Shown: piece by piece, positions 1 through 9,070 of the stretch
How the letters are laid out: each line of letters starts with the position of its first letter
Numbering within the stretch: the stretch's first letter is position 1
Source of the DNA: Candidatus Sulfomarinibacteraceae bacterium
Lineage (GTDB): Bacteria; Acidobacteriota; Thermoanaerobaculia; Thermoanaerobaculales; Sulfomarinibacteraceae
Direction: 5' to 3'
Assembly (NCBI GenBank): GCA_963796455.1
Contig: CAWCLO010000010.1
Location: 480,001-544,000 of the forward strand
DNA: 64,000 nucleotides
Translations under genes and position numbers: made by a program
Notes under the pieces: model-generated
The model's input: the letters and a program-made list of their open reading frames with translations, nothing else
Told to the model about the DNA's origin: nothing
The model's database searches: none

Positions 1-1
1 G

Positions 2-181
2 ACCCGGGACGAGCTCCACGGTTTTGCCATCAATGACTACAACATCAACCTGGTGATCGACCCCGGCGAGACCAAGACAGTGAGCTTCACCGCCGACGAG
101 TCCGGAGTCTTCGCCTTCTATTGCACCAATTTCTGTAGCGCACTGCACCAGGAGATGCAGGGCTACTTCCTCGTGAAATAG
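2..181 (+). CDS. nosZ: Nitrous-oxide reductase, C-terminal CuA domain (5'-truncated by window edge), clade II type
   Basis: My translation of frame 2 reads ...ELHGFAINDYNINLVIDPGETKTVSFTADESGVFAFYCTNFCSALHQEMQGYFLVK*. It has the CuA motif H...CxxFCSALHxEM and is followed by nos accessory genes. Confidence 0.93.
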   Translation, partial: TRDELHGFAINDYNINLVIDPGETKTVSFTADESGVFAFYCTNFCSALHQEMQGYFLVK

Positions 182-191
182 AACGATGCCA

Positions 192-232
192 GGGCCCCGG
201 CGCACCGATCGCGGTCGCCGGGGCCCAGTTTT
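192..232 (+). terminator. Strong stem-loop after nosZ (partial terminator or mRNA-stabilising hairpin)
   Basis: GGGCCCCGGCG (192-202) pairs with CGCCGGGGCCC (216-226), followed by AGTTTT. Confidence 0.6.
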
Positions 233-242
233 CGAGGTCCAC

Positions 243-873
243 ATGTCAGGATTTCTTCAAACGGCTTTCCGCTGCGCTCGATCGACCTCTGGTCGGCTCG
301 CAGCAGGTTGGCGGTTCTGGCCGCCGCTCTGGTCCTGATTCCGACCTTCTTCGTTCCTTTGTGGCACATGACATTTGTCGCGCAGCAATACCCGGAGGGT
401 CTGAATCTCTACGTCTATTCCCACAACCTGGTGGGCGGAGATGATGGCAATGATCTGACCGAGATCAACGTGCTCAACCACTACATCGGGATGGCAGAGC
501 TCAAACCCGCAGATTTCAACGAACTCAAGTGGATTCCTCTGGTCATCGGTCTGATCTGCATCCTGACCCTCAGAGCCGCCGCCATCGGAAATCTCGCGGT
601 CCCTGGTCGACGTCATCATGATCGCCGCCTATTTCGGCGCATTCTCGATATGGAGCTTCTGGTACAAGCTCAACTATTACGGCGCGAATCTCGACCCAAA
701 GGCCTCCGTTCAAGTGGAGCCATTCATGCCGCCGATGTTCGGATACAAACTCGTCGGCCAGTTCGATGTGTGGTCGTACCCGTCCCTGGGTACCTACTTT
801 TTCCTGATCTTTGGTCTTCTTCTGCTCGATGGGTTTCTGGTGGACCTGGCGTGACGTCGAGCCCTCGCAGTGA
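243..873 (+). CDS. nosB: NosB-like membrane protein of clade II nos clusters (frameshifted in this sequence; ends approximate)
   Basis: Split over ORFs 308..886 and 618..854. Motifs PLWHMTFVAQQYPEGL, INVLNHYIGM and PPMFGYK..GQFDVWSYP are typical of the membrane protein after clade II nosZ. ATG at 243. Confidence 0.8.
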
Positions 874-899
874 GCCCCTTTTGTGAAAATTTGGAGGAA

Positions 900-1414
900 A
901 TGATGAAAAAGCTCATGTTGTTTGCCCTGGCTTCGGGACTCCTACTCGGTTGCGGCGGTGGCACGAGATGAGACGATGTACGAGGCAGAAGAAAGCCGAA
1001 GCGCCGAGGTCGTCTTGCTCGAGGTCGAAGCGCCGCCGGCGCTCGAGGTTCCCGAACCCCGCGAGGTGATGGCTGAGGACGACTGGGAAGCCCGGGCCCA
1101 CAACAAGAACATCGAGGTTCTGGGGGTCATCAACATCATCAATCCGGTTGCTGCCTATATCGTCGAAGGCTTCAAACAATATGGCGACAGTTTCAGCCCC
1201 ACCCTGCACGAAGAGTGGGAGGACACCCAGGTTCAGCTGACCACAGCCACCACATTGTATGAGAGTTGCAACGAACGGATGGCTGCCGGAAAGTACGACA
1301 AACAGCTCTTCCTCGACCTCGAACAGGTGTGGCAGACACTGGTCAAGAACGGGCGTTGCCGGTGTTCGGACAAAAAGTATGGTTGACAGCGAGCTGGCAC
1401 GACTCAAAGGCTGA
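900..1414 (+). CDS. Uncharacterised lipoprotein inside the nos cluster (two apparent frameshifts)
   Basis: GGAGG RBS and ATG at 900 give MMKKLMLFALASGLLLGC (lipobox). It continues in the frame of ORF 922..1386, then shifts to ...GVAGVRTKSMVDSELARLKG* (TGA 1412-1414). Confidence 0.7.
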
Positions 1415-1514
1415 TTCTCGGCTGAAGCGGCAGTCTGATCTGCGGCCGGCCCGAAGCTGGGCGGTGGGCGATGGGTGTGTGCTATATCTGACTCCTTTTT
1501 GTGAATTGGAAGGT

Positions 1515-2914
1515 ATGCGAGCGGTGAAACCATTTTGCTGGTTGCTGGCCGTCATGTCGACCGCGACGGCTGTTGCGACGGTTCGCGAGGTCCCGAGCGG
1601 GGGATCCATTGCGGCAGTTCTCATTCAGGCCGAGCCCGGTGACACGGTTCACCTGGCCGACGGGATCTACCGCGAGAACATCCTCATCGAGGTTCCAGTG
1701 CTCCTCACCGGGGGGCCGGGACGCCGAGATTCGGGGTGGCTACGCAGAGCAACGTGGTCCACATCACCGCCCCCGGAACCGTTGATGGAGGGGCTGCACA
1801 TCGCCGAGGCCGGCCCCCATCTGACAAAGGACATGGCCTGTATCTTGATCGAGGCCGATGACGTGACGATCCGCAACACGAAAGTCTCGGAATCGCTGCA
1901 CGGAATCTATGTCAAGGCCGGCCACCGGAGTACGGATCATCGGCAATACCATCGAGGGGCGGCTCGACCTCATCGAATCCGATCGTGGCAACGGGATTCA
2001 TCTCTGGAACTCGACCGACAACCAGGATCCTGGACAACGAGATCTTCAACGTGCGCGATGGGATCTATTTCTCCTTCGCCCACCAAACGGAGATCCATCG
2101 CAACCACATCCACCACGTTCGATACGGCCTCCACTACATGTACTCGAACCAGAACAGCTTCTACGACAACCTCTTCGAAGAGAATGTCGCCGGGGCAGCC
2201 CTGATGTACTCGGAAGACATCATCTTCGCGCGCAACACCTTTGCCCGATGTCGCGGCTTCCGCGCCTATGGAATCCTCTTTCAGTCCATGAGCCGGGTCC
2301 GCGCGACCTCCAACCTCGTGATCGACAACAGCCGCGGTCTCTTCATGAACAACGCCGACTCGTGTGCCATCGAAAACAACGACATCATCGACAACGACCT
2401 GGCGATCCAACTCAACGGCGGCTGCGAGGGGAAACTCCTTTGTCCGCAACAACTTCATCAACAATCTCTCGGGAGCTTCTCCTCGATGTCAGCGACCGGG
2501 AGACCCATTGGTCGGATGAGGAGGGTGGAAACCACTGGAGCGCATACCATGGTTACGATCTGGACCGCGATGGTCTCGGCGACGTTCCCTTCTCGATTCA
2601 GAATGTTTTTCAGGTTCTGGAAACCAAGGTCCCGGAGGTTCGCTTCTACCTTCTGAGCCCTGCGGCCGAGGTCCTCAAAGCGGCCGAGAACGCGTTGCCG
2701 ATTCTCCGCCTCGGGGACGCAGAGGATCCTCTCCCCCGGCTGTATCCGGTGACCAATGACGCGGTGCCGTGGGATGAGGTCAGTGGCTCCCGCGAGGATG
2801 GATAACTTCGTCGCGGCCGGGTTCTTTCTCCTCGGAACGACCATTCCCATGGCCGGTCTGTGGCTGTTTCGGCGGCCGCGAAGAAGACCAAAACCGGATG
2901 GTTCGGTTTCATGA
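1515..2914 (+). CDS. nosD: NosD periplasmic CuZ maturation protein (beta-helix), frameshifted, with C-terminal membrane anchor
   Basis: Pieces lie in ORFs 1266..2204, 1909..2805 and 1985..2656: DRGNGIHLWN, RDGIY, RYGLHYMYS, GAALMYS, GNHWSAYHGYDLDRDGLGDVP. The final frame gives a hydrophobic tail ending at TGA 2912-2914. Confidence 0.88.
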
Positions 2915-3850
2915 GCGCTCCAACAAAAGCCATGGTCCGTCTCGAGTCCTTTTCGAAGTCCTATGGGTGTGGTAACCGCGGTCGATGACCTGAGCCTCGA
3001 GATCGCACCCGGAGAGTCCTTCGCTTTTCTCGGTCCGAACGGAGGCGGAAAGACTTCCGTCCTGAGGGCTCTCGCGGGTCTCCACTCCCCGAAGCAGGGG
3101 CCGGGTTCTGATTCGCGGAATCGACATCCAGAAAGACCTCAACCGCATCCGGCCGTGGCTCGCCTATGTTCCACAGCGGGTCACCGTGCCCGATGTCCTG
3201 ACCGCGAGAGAGGTCCTCGACCTCTTCGCGGGTCTGCGGGATGTGGCGCCGACCCGCGTGGCGGAGGTTCTCGAGCTCTTCGAACTCTCCGACCGACGCC
3301 GACCGAAGGGTCGGCGAGTTCTCGGGAGGAATGCTCCAAAGGCTCGGTCTCGCCTCGGCGCTGCTCGAGGAGGTGCCGCTCCTGATCCTGGACGAACCGA
3401 CCCTCAATCTCGACCCCCAGGGCATCGACAGCCTGCACCGGGCACTCGCCGATCTCAAAGAGAGAGGATCGACGATCGTTTTCTCCTCGCACAGTATCCA
3501 TACCGCCGTCCGGCTTGCCGACCGGGTGGGCGTTCTGGTCGCCGGGGATCTCGTCACCGTCGATACCGGTGGCTGCCTTTCAGGCCGAGGTCACCCGCCA
3601 GACCACCGTCAAGGTCGTGCTCGATCAACTCGACGACGGCATGCTCCGGGCGGCCCGAACGGCGGGTGCTGAAATCCGCGACCACACCGCAACCCATATC
3701 TTCTTTCGCGCATTGCCCGAGGACCGTCTCGCGGTCATCCGCGCGATCGAGGGCGCCGGTGGGACCGTCATGGAATTCCACACCGAGGCGCCGGGGTGGG
3801 AGGCGTTGATCCACTCCCGTTTCAACGGCCAAGGAGATCCCCCGTGCTGA
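2911..3850 (+). CDS. nosF: NosF ABC transporter ATPase (frameshifted)
   Basis: Walker A GPNGGGKT, signature FSGGMLQR and Walker B LILDEP are spread over ORFs 2963, 3186, 3241 and 3515. ATG 2911 overlaps the nosD stop. Confidence 0.88.
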
Positions 3851-4617
3851 CGCTCGACAAAGCCCCGAAGAAAAGCCTCGCACTGAGCCTGATGGTATCG
3901 CTGTGTGCAGGGATCATGGGATGTTCTGGTGAGGTCACACCGGAGATCATCGCCCGTGTTGATGGATGCCGGGAGTGCGGAATGGTGATCGATCGCGTCG
4001 ACGAGGCCTGCGGATGGGTTCACGACGGGGAGTTCGTGACCTTCTGCTCGCCCGGCTGCCTCCTCGAGCAACATGATGGGCTCCGGGCCACCGGCAAAGA
4101 ACTCCCTGTATCGATCTCCTTTGCCGACTATAACGGGAGTGGATTCTCCGTCGCCGAAAACACCGCCTTTCTTCTCACCGACCACGTGCCGACGGTGATG
4201 AACGCCCGCGTGATCACTTTTGCATCGACCGAAGCCGCCTCGGCCATGCGTCAGCACGAAGACGAAATCATCACCGATTGGATCGGATACCGCGTATACC
4301 GGGGCCGGCCGGATGTCGTCGTCGAGACGGTATTCACGAATGAAGGGATGGAGCCGGAATCGGTGGGCGTTGCCAAGGGTGAGATCGTTTTGTGGCGGGC
4401 CACCGGGCGTGGGCTCGAGGAGGACTTGAACTTCAGCATCGGAGGTTATCCTGAGGTCGGACCTGCAACACTCGCAGCGGGCGACGGGATGACGGAGATT
4501 CGTTTTCTCGCAACCCGTCCCGGGGCCGGATTCCCGATCGAGAGGACGGACGATGGCAGGGCCATCGGAATGCTCAAGGTCAGTGGCGCCCACACCGCCG
4601 ACGAGGCCGCGCAGTGA
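3844..4617 (+). CDS. nosL: NosL-like copper chaperone lipoprotein with C-terminal cupredoxin-like extension
   Basis: Lipobox IMGC, CRECGMVI, CSPGC and PTVM motif; lies between nosF and nosY; GTG 3844. Confidence 0.8.
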   Translation: MLTLDKAPKKSLALSLMVSLCAGIMGCSGEVTPEIIARVDGCRECGMVIDRVDEACGWVHDGEFVTFCSPGCLLEQHDGLRATGKELPVSISFADYNGSGFSVAENTAFLLTDHVPTVMNARVITFASTEAASAMRQHEDEIITDWIGYRVYRGRPDVVVETVFTNEGMEPESVGVAKGEIVLWRATGRGLEEDLNFSIGGYPEVGPATLAAGDGMTEIRFLATRPGAGFPIERTDDGRAIGMLKVSGAHTADEAAQ

Positions 4618-5435
4618 AGATCCTCCAGATCGCCAATCAAGAGTTCACCCTCCACACCCGTAACCGGTGGGTGATCTCCTTTTCGGCTCTTTTCGCCGGC
4701 CTCGGTTTGGCGGTCGCCTATTTCGGCATGATCACCTCGGGCTACAGCGGTTTCCAGGACTTTGTCCGGACCTCCGCCAGTCTGATCAACCTCGGTGGCT
4801 TTTTGTTGCCGCTCTTTGCCCTGCTGCTCGGTGTCTTCAGTTTTCTCACCCATCGCGAGTATCTCGAACTCCTCGCAACCCAACCCGTTTCACGCCGCCA
4901 GATTCTGCTCGGCAAATACCTCGGTCTCCTGCTGTCGGTGCTGGCCGCCGCGGCCCTCGGTTTTGGCCTGCCCGGCGCCGTCATCGCGGTATCGATCGGT
5001 AGCGAGGGCGCCGGCACCTACGTCCTGGTCATTCTTTTTCTCGGTTTGTTGGCTGCCGTCTTCACCGGTCTGTCGATGCTGATCGCCCTTGTCTCCGGGC
5101 GCCGCCCGGTCGCCCTCGGCATCGCCATCGGAGTCTGGGTTTTCTTCGAATTGGTTTATGGCCTGCTGATGCTGGCGACCACTCTCTATCTTCCCGCAAA
5201 GATCGTCAGTAACGTGCTCCTGGCCGGTCTTGCCGGAAACCCCATCGATATCGTGAGGGTGTTGTGCCTGCTTCAAGTCGGTGGCCCGGCCCTCTTCGGT
5301 CCGGCCGGCGCAACCCTGATCAAGATCACCGGATCGGCCACCGTTGCGACTGCCATCGGTCTCGCGATTGTCGCCCTCTGGATCGTCGTGCCCCTCGTCA
5401 TCGCGATGTGGGTGTTCAAACGACAGGATCTGTAG
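4614..5435 (+). CDS. nosY: NosY ABC transporter permease
   Basis: About 6 TM segments; ELLATQPVSRRQILLGKYLG and NPIDIVR motifs; nos context. Confidence 0.9.
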   Translation: MKILQIANQEFTLHTRNRWVISFSALFAGLGLAVAYFGMITSGYSGFQDFVRTSASLINLGGFLLPLFALLLGVFSFLTHREYLELLATQPVSRRQILLGKYLGLLLSVLAAAALGFGLPGAVIAVSIGSEGAGTYVLVILFLGLLAAVFTGLSMLIALVSGRRPVALGIAIGVWVFFELVYGLLMLATTLYLPAKIVSNVLLAGLAGNPIDIVRVLCLLQVGGPALFGPAGATLIKITGSATVATAIGLAIVALWIVVPLVIAMWVFKRQDL

Positions 5436-5457
5436 CACCGTTATCCGTCCGATACTG

Positions 5458-5553
5458 GATGCTAGATGCTAGATGCTAGATGCTAGATGCTAGATGCTAG
5501 ATGCTAGATGCTAGATGCTAGATGCTAGATGCTAGATGCTAGATGCTAGATGC
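5458..5553 (+). repeat. Heptamer tandem array (GATGCTA)x13 plus partial copy
   Basis: Counted directly; preceded by variant GATACTG (5451-5457). Degenerate inverted heptamers at ~5649-5672. Confidence 0.97.
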
Positions 5554-5754
5554 GGCAAGATCGTCGATTGGCCCCCGGACCTTTTCAAGGGCTACACCGA
5601 AACTGACGGCAATCTGCGATTGAGGGGACTTTTCAGGAGAAAGGCTGAATCGAGTATCCAGTATCGAGTATCACTGTTGTCCAAGAGAGAGTCTCGGACA
5701 GCGATCGGGGACAACGGCAGGGAACAGCACTCACTTCTTCGGGGCTCCGGCCTT

Positions 5755-5807
5755 TGTGGTGCGGCCGTCTCGGCCGCAGGGTATGCAGGCGAGACGCCTA
5801 CACCACA
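5755..5807. repeat. REP-like double hairpin
   Basis: TGTGGTG-CGGCCGTCTCGGCCGCA...TGCAGGCGAGACGCCTA-CACCACA: two inverted palindromic units with terminal TGTGGTG/CACCACA. Confidence 0.7.
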
Positions 5808-5969
5808 ACGGCTGTTCCTTCTGTTGAACGACCCGGAGGTGGCCACTTCACCGACTGGACTCCTGACCGCTGTTCCCTGTCGCTGATAACTGTCCCGGAT
5901 AACTGTCGCTGCCATCTGTCGCTGTCGCTGCCGCTGTCGCTGCCGCTACATTTCGGGCACGGGCAAGGA

Positions 5970-7271
5970 TCAGTACAGCGGAAACTTTGCAGTGAGGGCG
6001 TGGACCTCAGCCTTGACCGCTTCCGTTTCGGCGTGGAAGGCGGCGAGCTTGGCCTCGTCCTCCTTGTCCTCATCCGCCCGCAGCACCCGATCGATGAGTC
6101 CGGCGATGATCTTCATCTCCTCGGGTCCCATCCCGCGGGTGGTCACAGCAGGTGTGCCGATCCTCAGACCGGAGGCGATGTAGGGCTTGCGGGTGTCGAA
6201 GGGCACGGTGTTCTTGTTGAGCGTGATATCGGCCAGACCGAGCCACCGCTCGGCCTTTTTGCCGGAAATGAAGTCGCTCCCGAGATCAACCAGGAAGAGG
6301 TGGTTGTCGGTTCCGCCCGAGACGATCTTCCAACCGAGGTCCTTGACCGCCTGGCACAGGACCGCTGAGTTTTCGACAACCCGCTTCTGGTATTCGTTCC
6401 ACTCGGGTCGCATGGCCTCGAAAAAGGCCACCGCCTTGGCGGCGATCGTGTGCATGAGCGGTCCGCCCTGAACCCCGGGAAAGACCGCCTTGTCGATGGC
6501 CTCGGCCCACTCGGAGGTACAGAGGATGATGCCGCCGCGAGGACCACGGAGGGTCTTGTGGGTCGTCGAGGTCACGAACTGGCAATGGGGCACCGGCGAG
6601 GGGTGGAGACCGGCAACGACCAACCCGGCGATGTGGGCAATGTCCGCCATCAGAAGTGAATCGGCTTCGTCGGCGATCGCCCGCAAGCGTTCGAAATCGA
6701 TGATCCGCGGATAGGCCGAGGCACCACAGACGATGAGCTTCGGGCGGTGTTCGAGGGCCAGCTCGCGCAGACGCTCGTAGTCGATGGTTTCGGTTTCTTT
6801 GTCGACGCCATAGGCCACGACATCGAATTCCTTGCCCGAATAATTCAGCGGGTGGCCGTGGGTGAGGTGTCCGCCGTGGGTCAGGTCCATCCCGAGGAGG
6901 GTGTCGCCCGGTTGCATCACCGCCAGATAGACCCCCATGTTGGCCTGGGCCCCTGAATGGGGTTGCACGTTCGCGTGGTCGGCACCAAAGAGCTCTTTGG
7001 CACGCTCGCGCGCGAGATCCTCGGCCACGTCGACAAACTGGCAACCGCCGTAATAACGTTTTTTGGGGTAGCCCTCGGCGTACTTGTTGGTCATCACCGA
7101 ACCCATCGCCGCCATCACCGCCGGCGAGACGAAGTTCTCCGAGGCGATCAACTCGAGGCCTTCGTTCTGACGCTCGCGTTCGTCTTCAAGGGCCTTTGCG
7201 ACCTCGGGGTCGGCGGCGGATACCAGCTGGTTGTGAACCGAAAAGAATTCGCTTTTGAGGTCGCTCATCAC
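5970..7271 (-). CDS. glyA: Serine hydroxymethyltransferase
   Basis: [27 protein letters not shown] (PLP lysine). Confidence 0.98.
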   Translation of the reverse strand: MMSDLKSEFFSVHNQLVSAADPEVAKALEDERERQNEGLELIASENFVSPAVMAAMGSVMTNKYAEGYPKKRYYGGCQFVDVAEDLARERAKELFGADHANVQPHSGAQANMGVYLAVMQPGDTLLGMDLTHGGHLTHGHPLNYSGKEFDVVAYGVDKETETIDYERLRELALEHRPKLIVCGASAYPRIIDFERLRAIADEADSLLMADIAHIAGLVVAGLHPSPVPHCQFVTSTTHKTLRGPRGGIILCTSEWAEAIDKAVFPGVQGGPLMHTIAAKAVAFFEAMRPEWNEYQKRVVENSAVLCQAVKDLGWKIVSGGTDNHLFLVDLGSDFISGKKAERWLGLADITLNKNTVPFDTRKPYIASGLRIGTPAVTTRGMGPEEMKIIAGLIDRVLRADEDKEDEAKLAAFHAETEAVKAEVHALTAKFPLY

Positions 7272-7292
7272 TCCTCCTGCTTGGCCGGTTTT

Positions 7293-7727
7293 TTACCGGC
7301 TCTTGATTTCGATCAGATCCACCCGTCGTTGGTGGCGGTCGCCCTCGAAGGCGGTGGCGAGAAAAATCCCGACCATCTGCAAGGCGACGCCCGCACCGAT
7401 GACCCGCGCCCCCAAACAGAGAACATTTGCATCGTTGTGTAGCCGGGCCATTTCGGCAGTGAAGGCGTCGTGACACAAGGCCGCCCGCACACCCGGGTGG
7501 CGGTTGGCTGCCAGGCTCATGCCGATTCCGGTCCCACAGATCAGGACGCCCATCCGCGCTTCCCCCGCCTCGATGATTCGGGCAAGGGCGTGGGCGAAAT
7601 CGGGGTAGTCGACCGAGGTCGTGTCCTGCGGGCCGAGGTCACGGAGCTCGTGCCCCTGGGAGCGTATGAACTCTGAAACTTCGGCCTTGAGCTCCACACC
7701 GGCGTGGTCGGAGGCGATGACAATCAT
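7293..7727 (-). CDS. rpiB: Ribose-5-phosphate isomerase B
   Basis: ASDHAG, VDYPD, CGTGIGM, HNDANVL. Confidence 0.96.
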   Translation of the reverse strand: MIVIASDHAGVELKAEVSEFIRSQGHELRDLGPQDTTSVDYPDFAHALARIIEAGEARMGVLICGTGIGMSLAANRHPGVRAALCHDAFTAEMARLHNDANVLCLGARVIGAGVALQMVGIFLATAFEGDRHQRRVDLIEIKSR

Positions 7728-7738
7728 GGAGATCCTCC

Positions 7739-9070
7739 TCAGATATCCCGATCCGGACTCGGCAGTTCGAGCGCCTGGAACTCCTCGAGGGCAAAACGAT
7801 CGCTCATCCCTGCAAGGTGATCGACGATCAATCGGGCGAAGCCCGGACAGGCATGGTACCGATCGGCCACCGCTGCCGCAACACGCTTGAGCGGAAGTTC
7901 CCGAAGATAGGGTAAATCATGTTCTTCTGCGGCCCGCATCAGGATGTAGTCCGGCAGCACCGAGGGCTCGTCCCAATAGGCCCGGAAAAGGGCGTTCAGC
8001 ACCCTTCGAGCGCGCCAGTCCTGGCGGCTCACAGGTCCACGGTTGATGACCCGGGCGTAGATAAAGGTCTTGAGTTCGGCGAAGAGTTTCTCGACTTCGG
8101 CGGAGAACCAGATCGTGGTCTGCGAGACCTCACGGGCCCGTTCCCTCCAGCCGTCGTGGTCGCTCACTCCATGACGGGTACAAAAGTGGTCGATCCTTGC
8201 TGCTGATGTGTGGACAACGTCGAGCACAAAGAGCCGAATGAGGTGGCGGATAAGCGTGTTCTGCCGGTCCCACGGACGCTCATCGATGTACCCGGTACCA
8301 ACATCTTGAATCACCCTCGTTGCGATCTCGAGCTGCTCGACCTCTTCAAGGGCGACGGCGCCGGCCCGCAACCCGTCTTCGAGATCGTGAGTCTGTTGCG
8401 CGATCTCGTCCGCAACCGCCACGGCCTGACCCTCGAGGTGGCAGGGTTGATCGAGGGCGAGGCCCCCCTTGTCGGGGAGCGGAAAATGGTAATCCACCTT
8501 CCACGAGGTGTGTTTGAGGATGGCCTCCCGGACCTGGTCCGTCAGATTGATCCCCGGGTCGACGTAACGGCGCTCGAAGAGATCGACCACCCGCAGGCTT
8601 TGGTAGTTGTGTTTGAATCGTCCCGCTCCCTTGACGACGTCCGGCGGCAGCACGAGTTCGGGATTCTGACCACAAAGGGTTGCATCGAGGACACTTTCCC
8701 CGGTGTGACCGAAGGCCGTGTGCCCGAGATCATGGCCGAGGGCAGCGGCCTCCGCGAGATCTTCGTTCAGCCCCAGGGCCCGAGCTAGTGTTCTCGCCAA
8801 CTGACTGACCTCGAGGGTGTGGGTGAGTCGGGTTCGGGGGTGGTCGCCGACGTGGGGAACAAAGACCTGCGTTTTGTGTTTCAGCCGCCGGAAGGCCCTC
8901 GCATGCAAAATGCGATCGCGATCCCGTTGAAAGGCGAGCCGGATATCCCGCGGATCTTCGATCTCGTGCCGACGCCGGGTCGCTTCCGACGAAAGGGTCG
9001 CGACCGGTGACAGGCGTTTCTCTTCTTCAAGAGTCAGCAGCAATCGGTCACGCACCCGATCGATGGTCAT
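7739..9070 (-). CDS. dgt: dNTP triphosphohydrolase (dGTPase, HD family)
   Basis: FQRDRDRILH..FRRLKHKTQVF, RTRLTHTLEV, HDLGH. Confidence 0.93.
   Translation of the reverse strand: MTIDRVRDRLLLTLEEEKRLSPVATLSSEATRRRHEIEDPRDIRLAFQRDRDRILHARAFRRLKHKTQVFVPHVGDHPRTRLTHTLEVSQLARTLARALGLNEDLAEAAALGHDLGHTAFGHTGESVLDATLCGQNPELVLPPDVVKGAGRFKHNYQSLRVVDLFERRYVDPGINLTDQVREAILKHTSWKVDYHFPLPDKGGLALDQPCHLEGQAVAVADEIAQQTHDLEDGLRAGAVALEEVEQLEIATRVIQDVGTGYIDERPWDRQNTLIRHLIRLFVLDVVHTSAARIDHFCTRHGVSDHDGWRERAREVSQTTIWFSAEVEKLFAELKTFIYARVINRGPVSRQDWRARRVLNALFRAYWDEPSVLPDYILMRAAEEHDLPYLRELPLKRVAAAVADRYHACPGFARLIVDHLAGMSDRFALEEFQALELPSPDRDI

Larger units (their letters stand above)
5451..5969. mobile_element. Gene-less repeat-armed intergenic element, sibling of the 54.2-55.3 kb element
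   Basis: Shares three blocks with 54.2-55.3 kb (5549-5672 with 55140-55281; 5670-5697 with 54226-54253; 5809-5872 with 54822-54885). Internal 11-bp IR at 5718-5728/5869-5879. Mobility is inferred. Confidence 0.6.

Noticed and set aside
1515..3850. Programmed frameshifting in nosD/nosF
   Set aside because: Too many shifts, no consistent slippery sites, and clustering at the window start; sequencing error is more likely.
5458..5553. Tandem arrays (also at 33 kb and 55 kb) as CRISPR arrays
   Set aside because: They are contiguous 7-nt units with no unique spacers, and there are no cas genes.
7739..9070. dGTPase as an anti-phage defence gene
   Set aside because: It sits inside a housekeeping run (accD-folC-dgt-rpiB-glyA) with no defence-island context.
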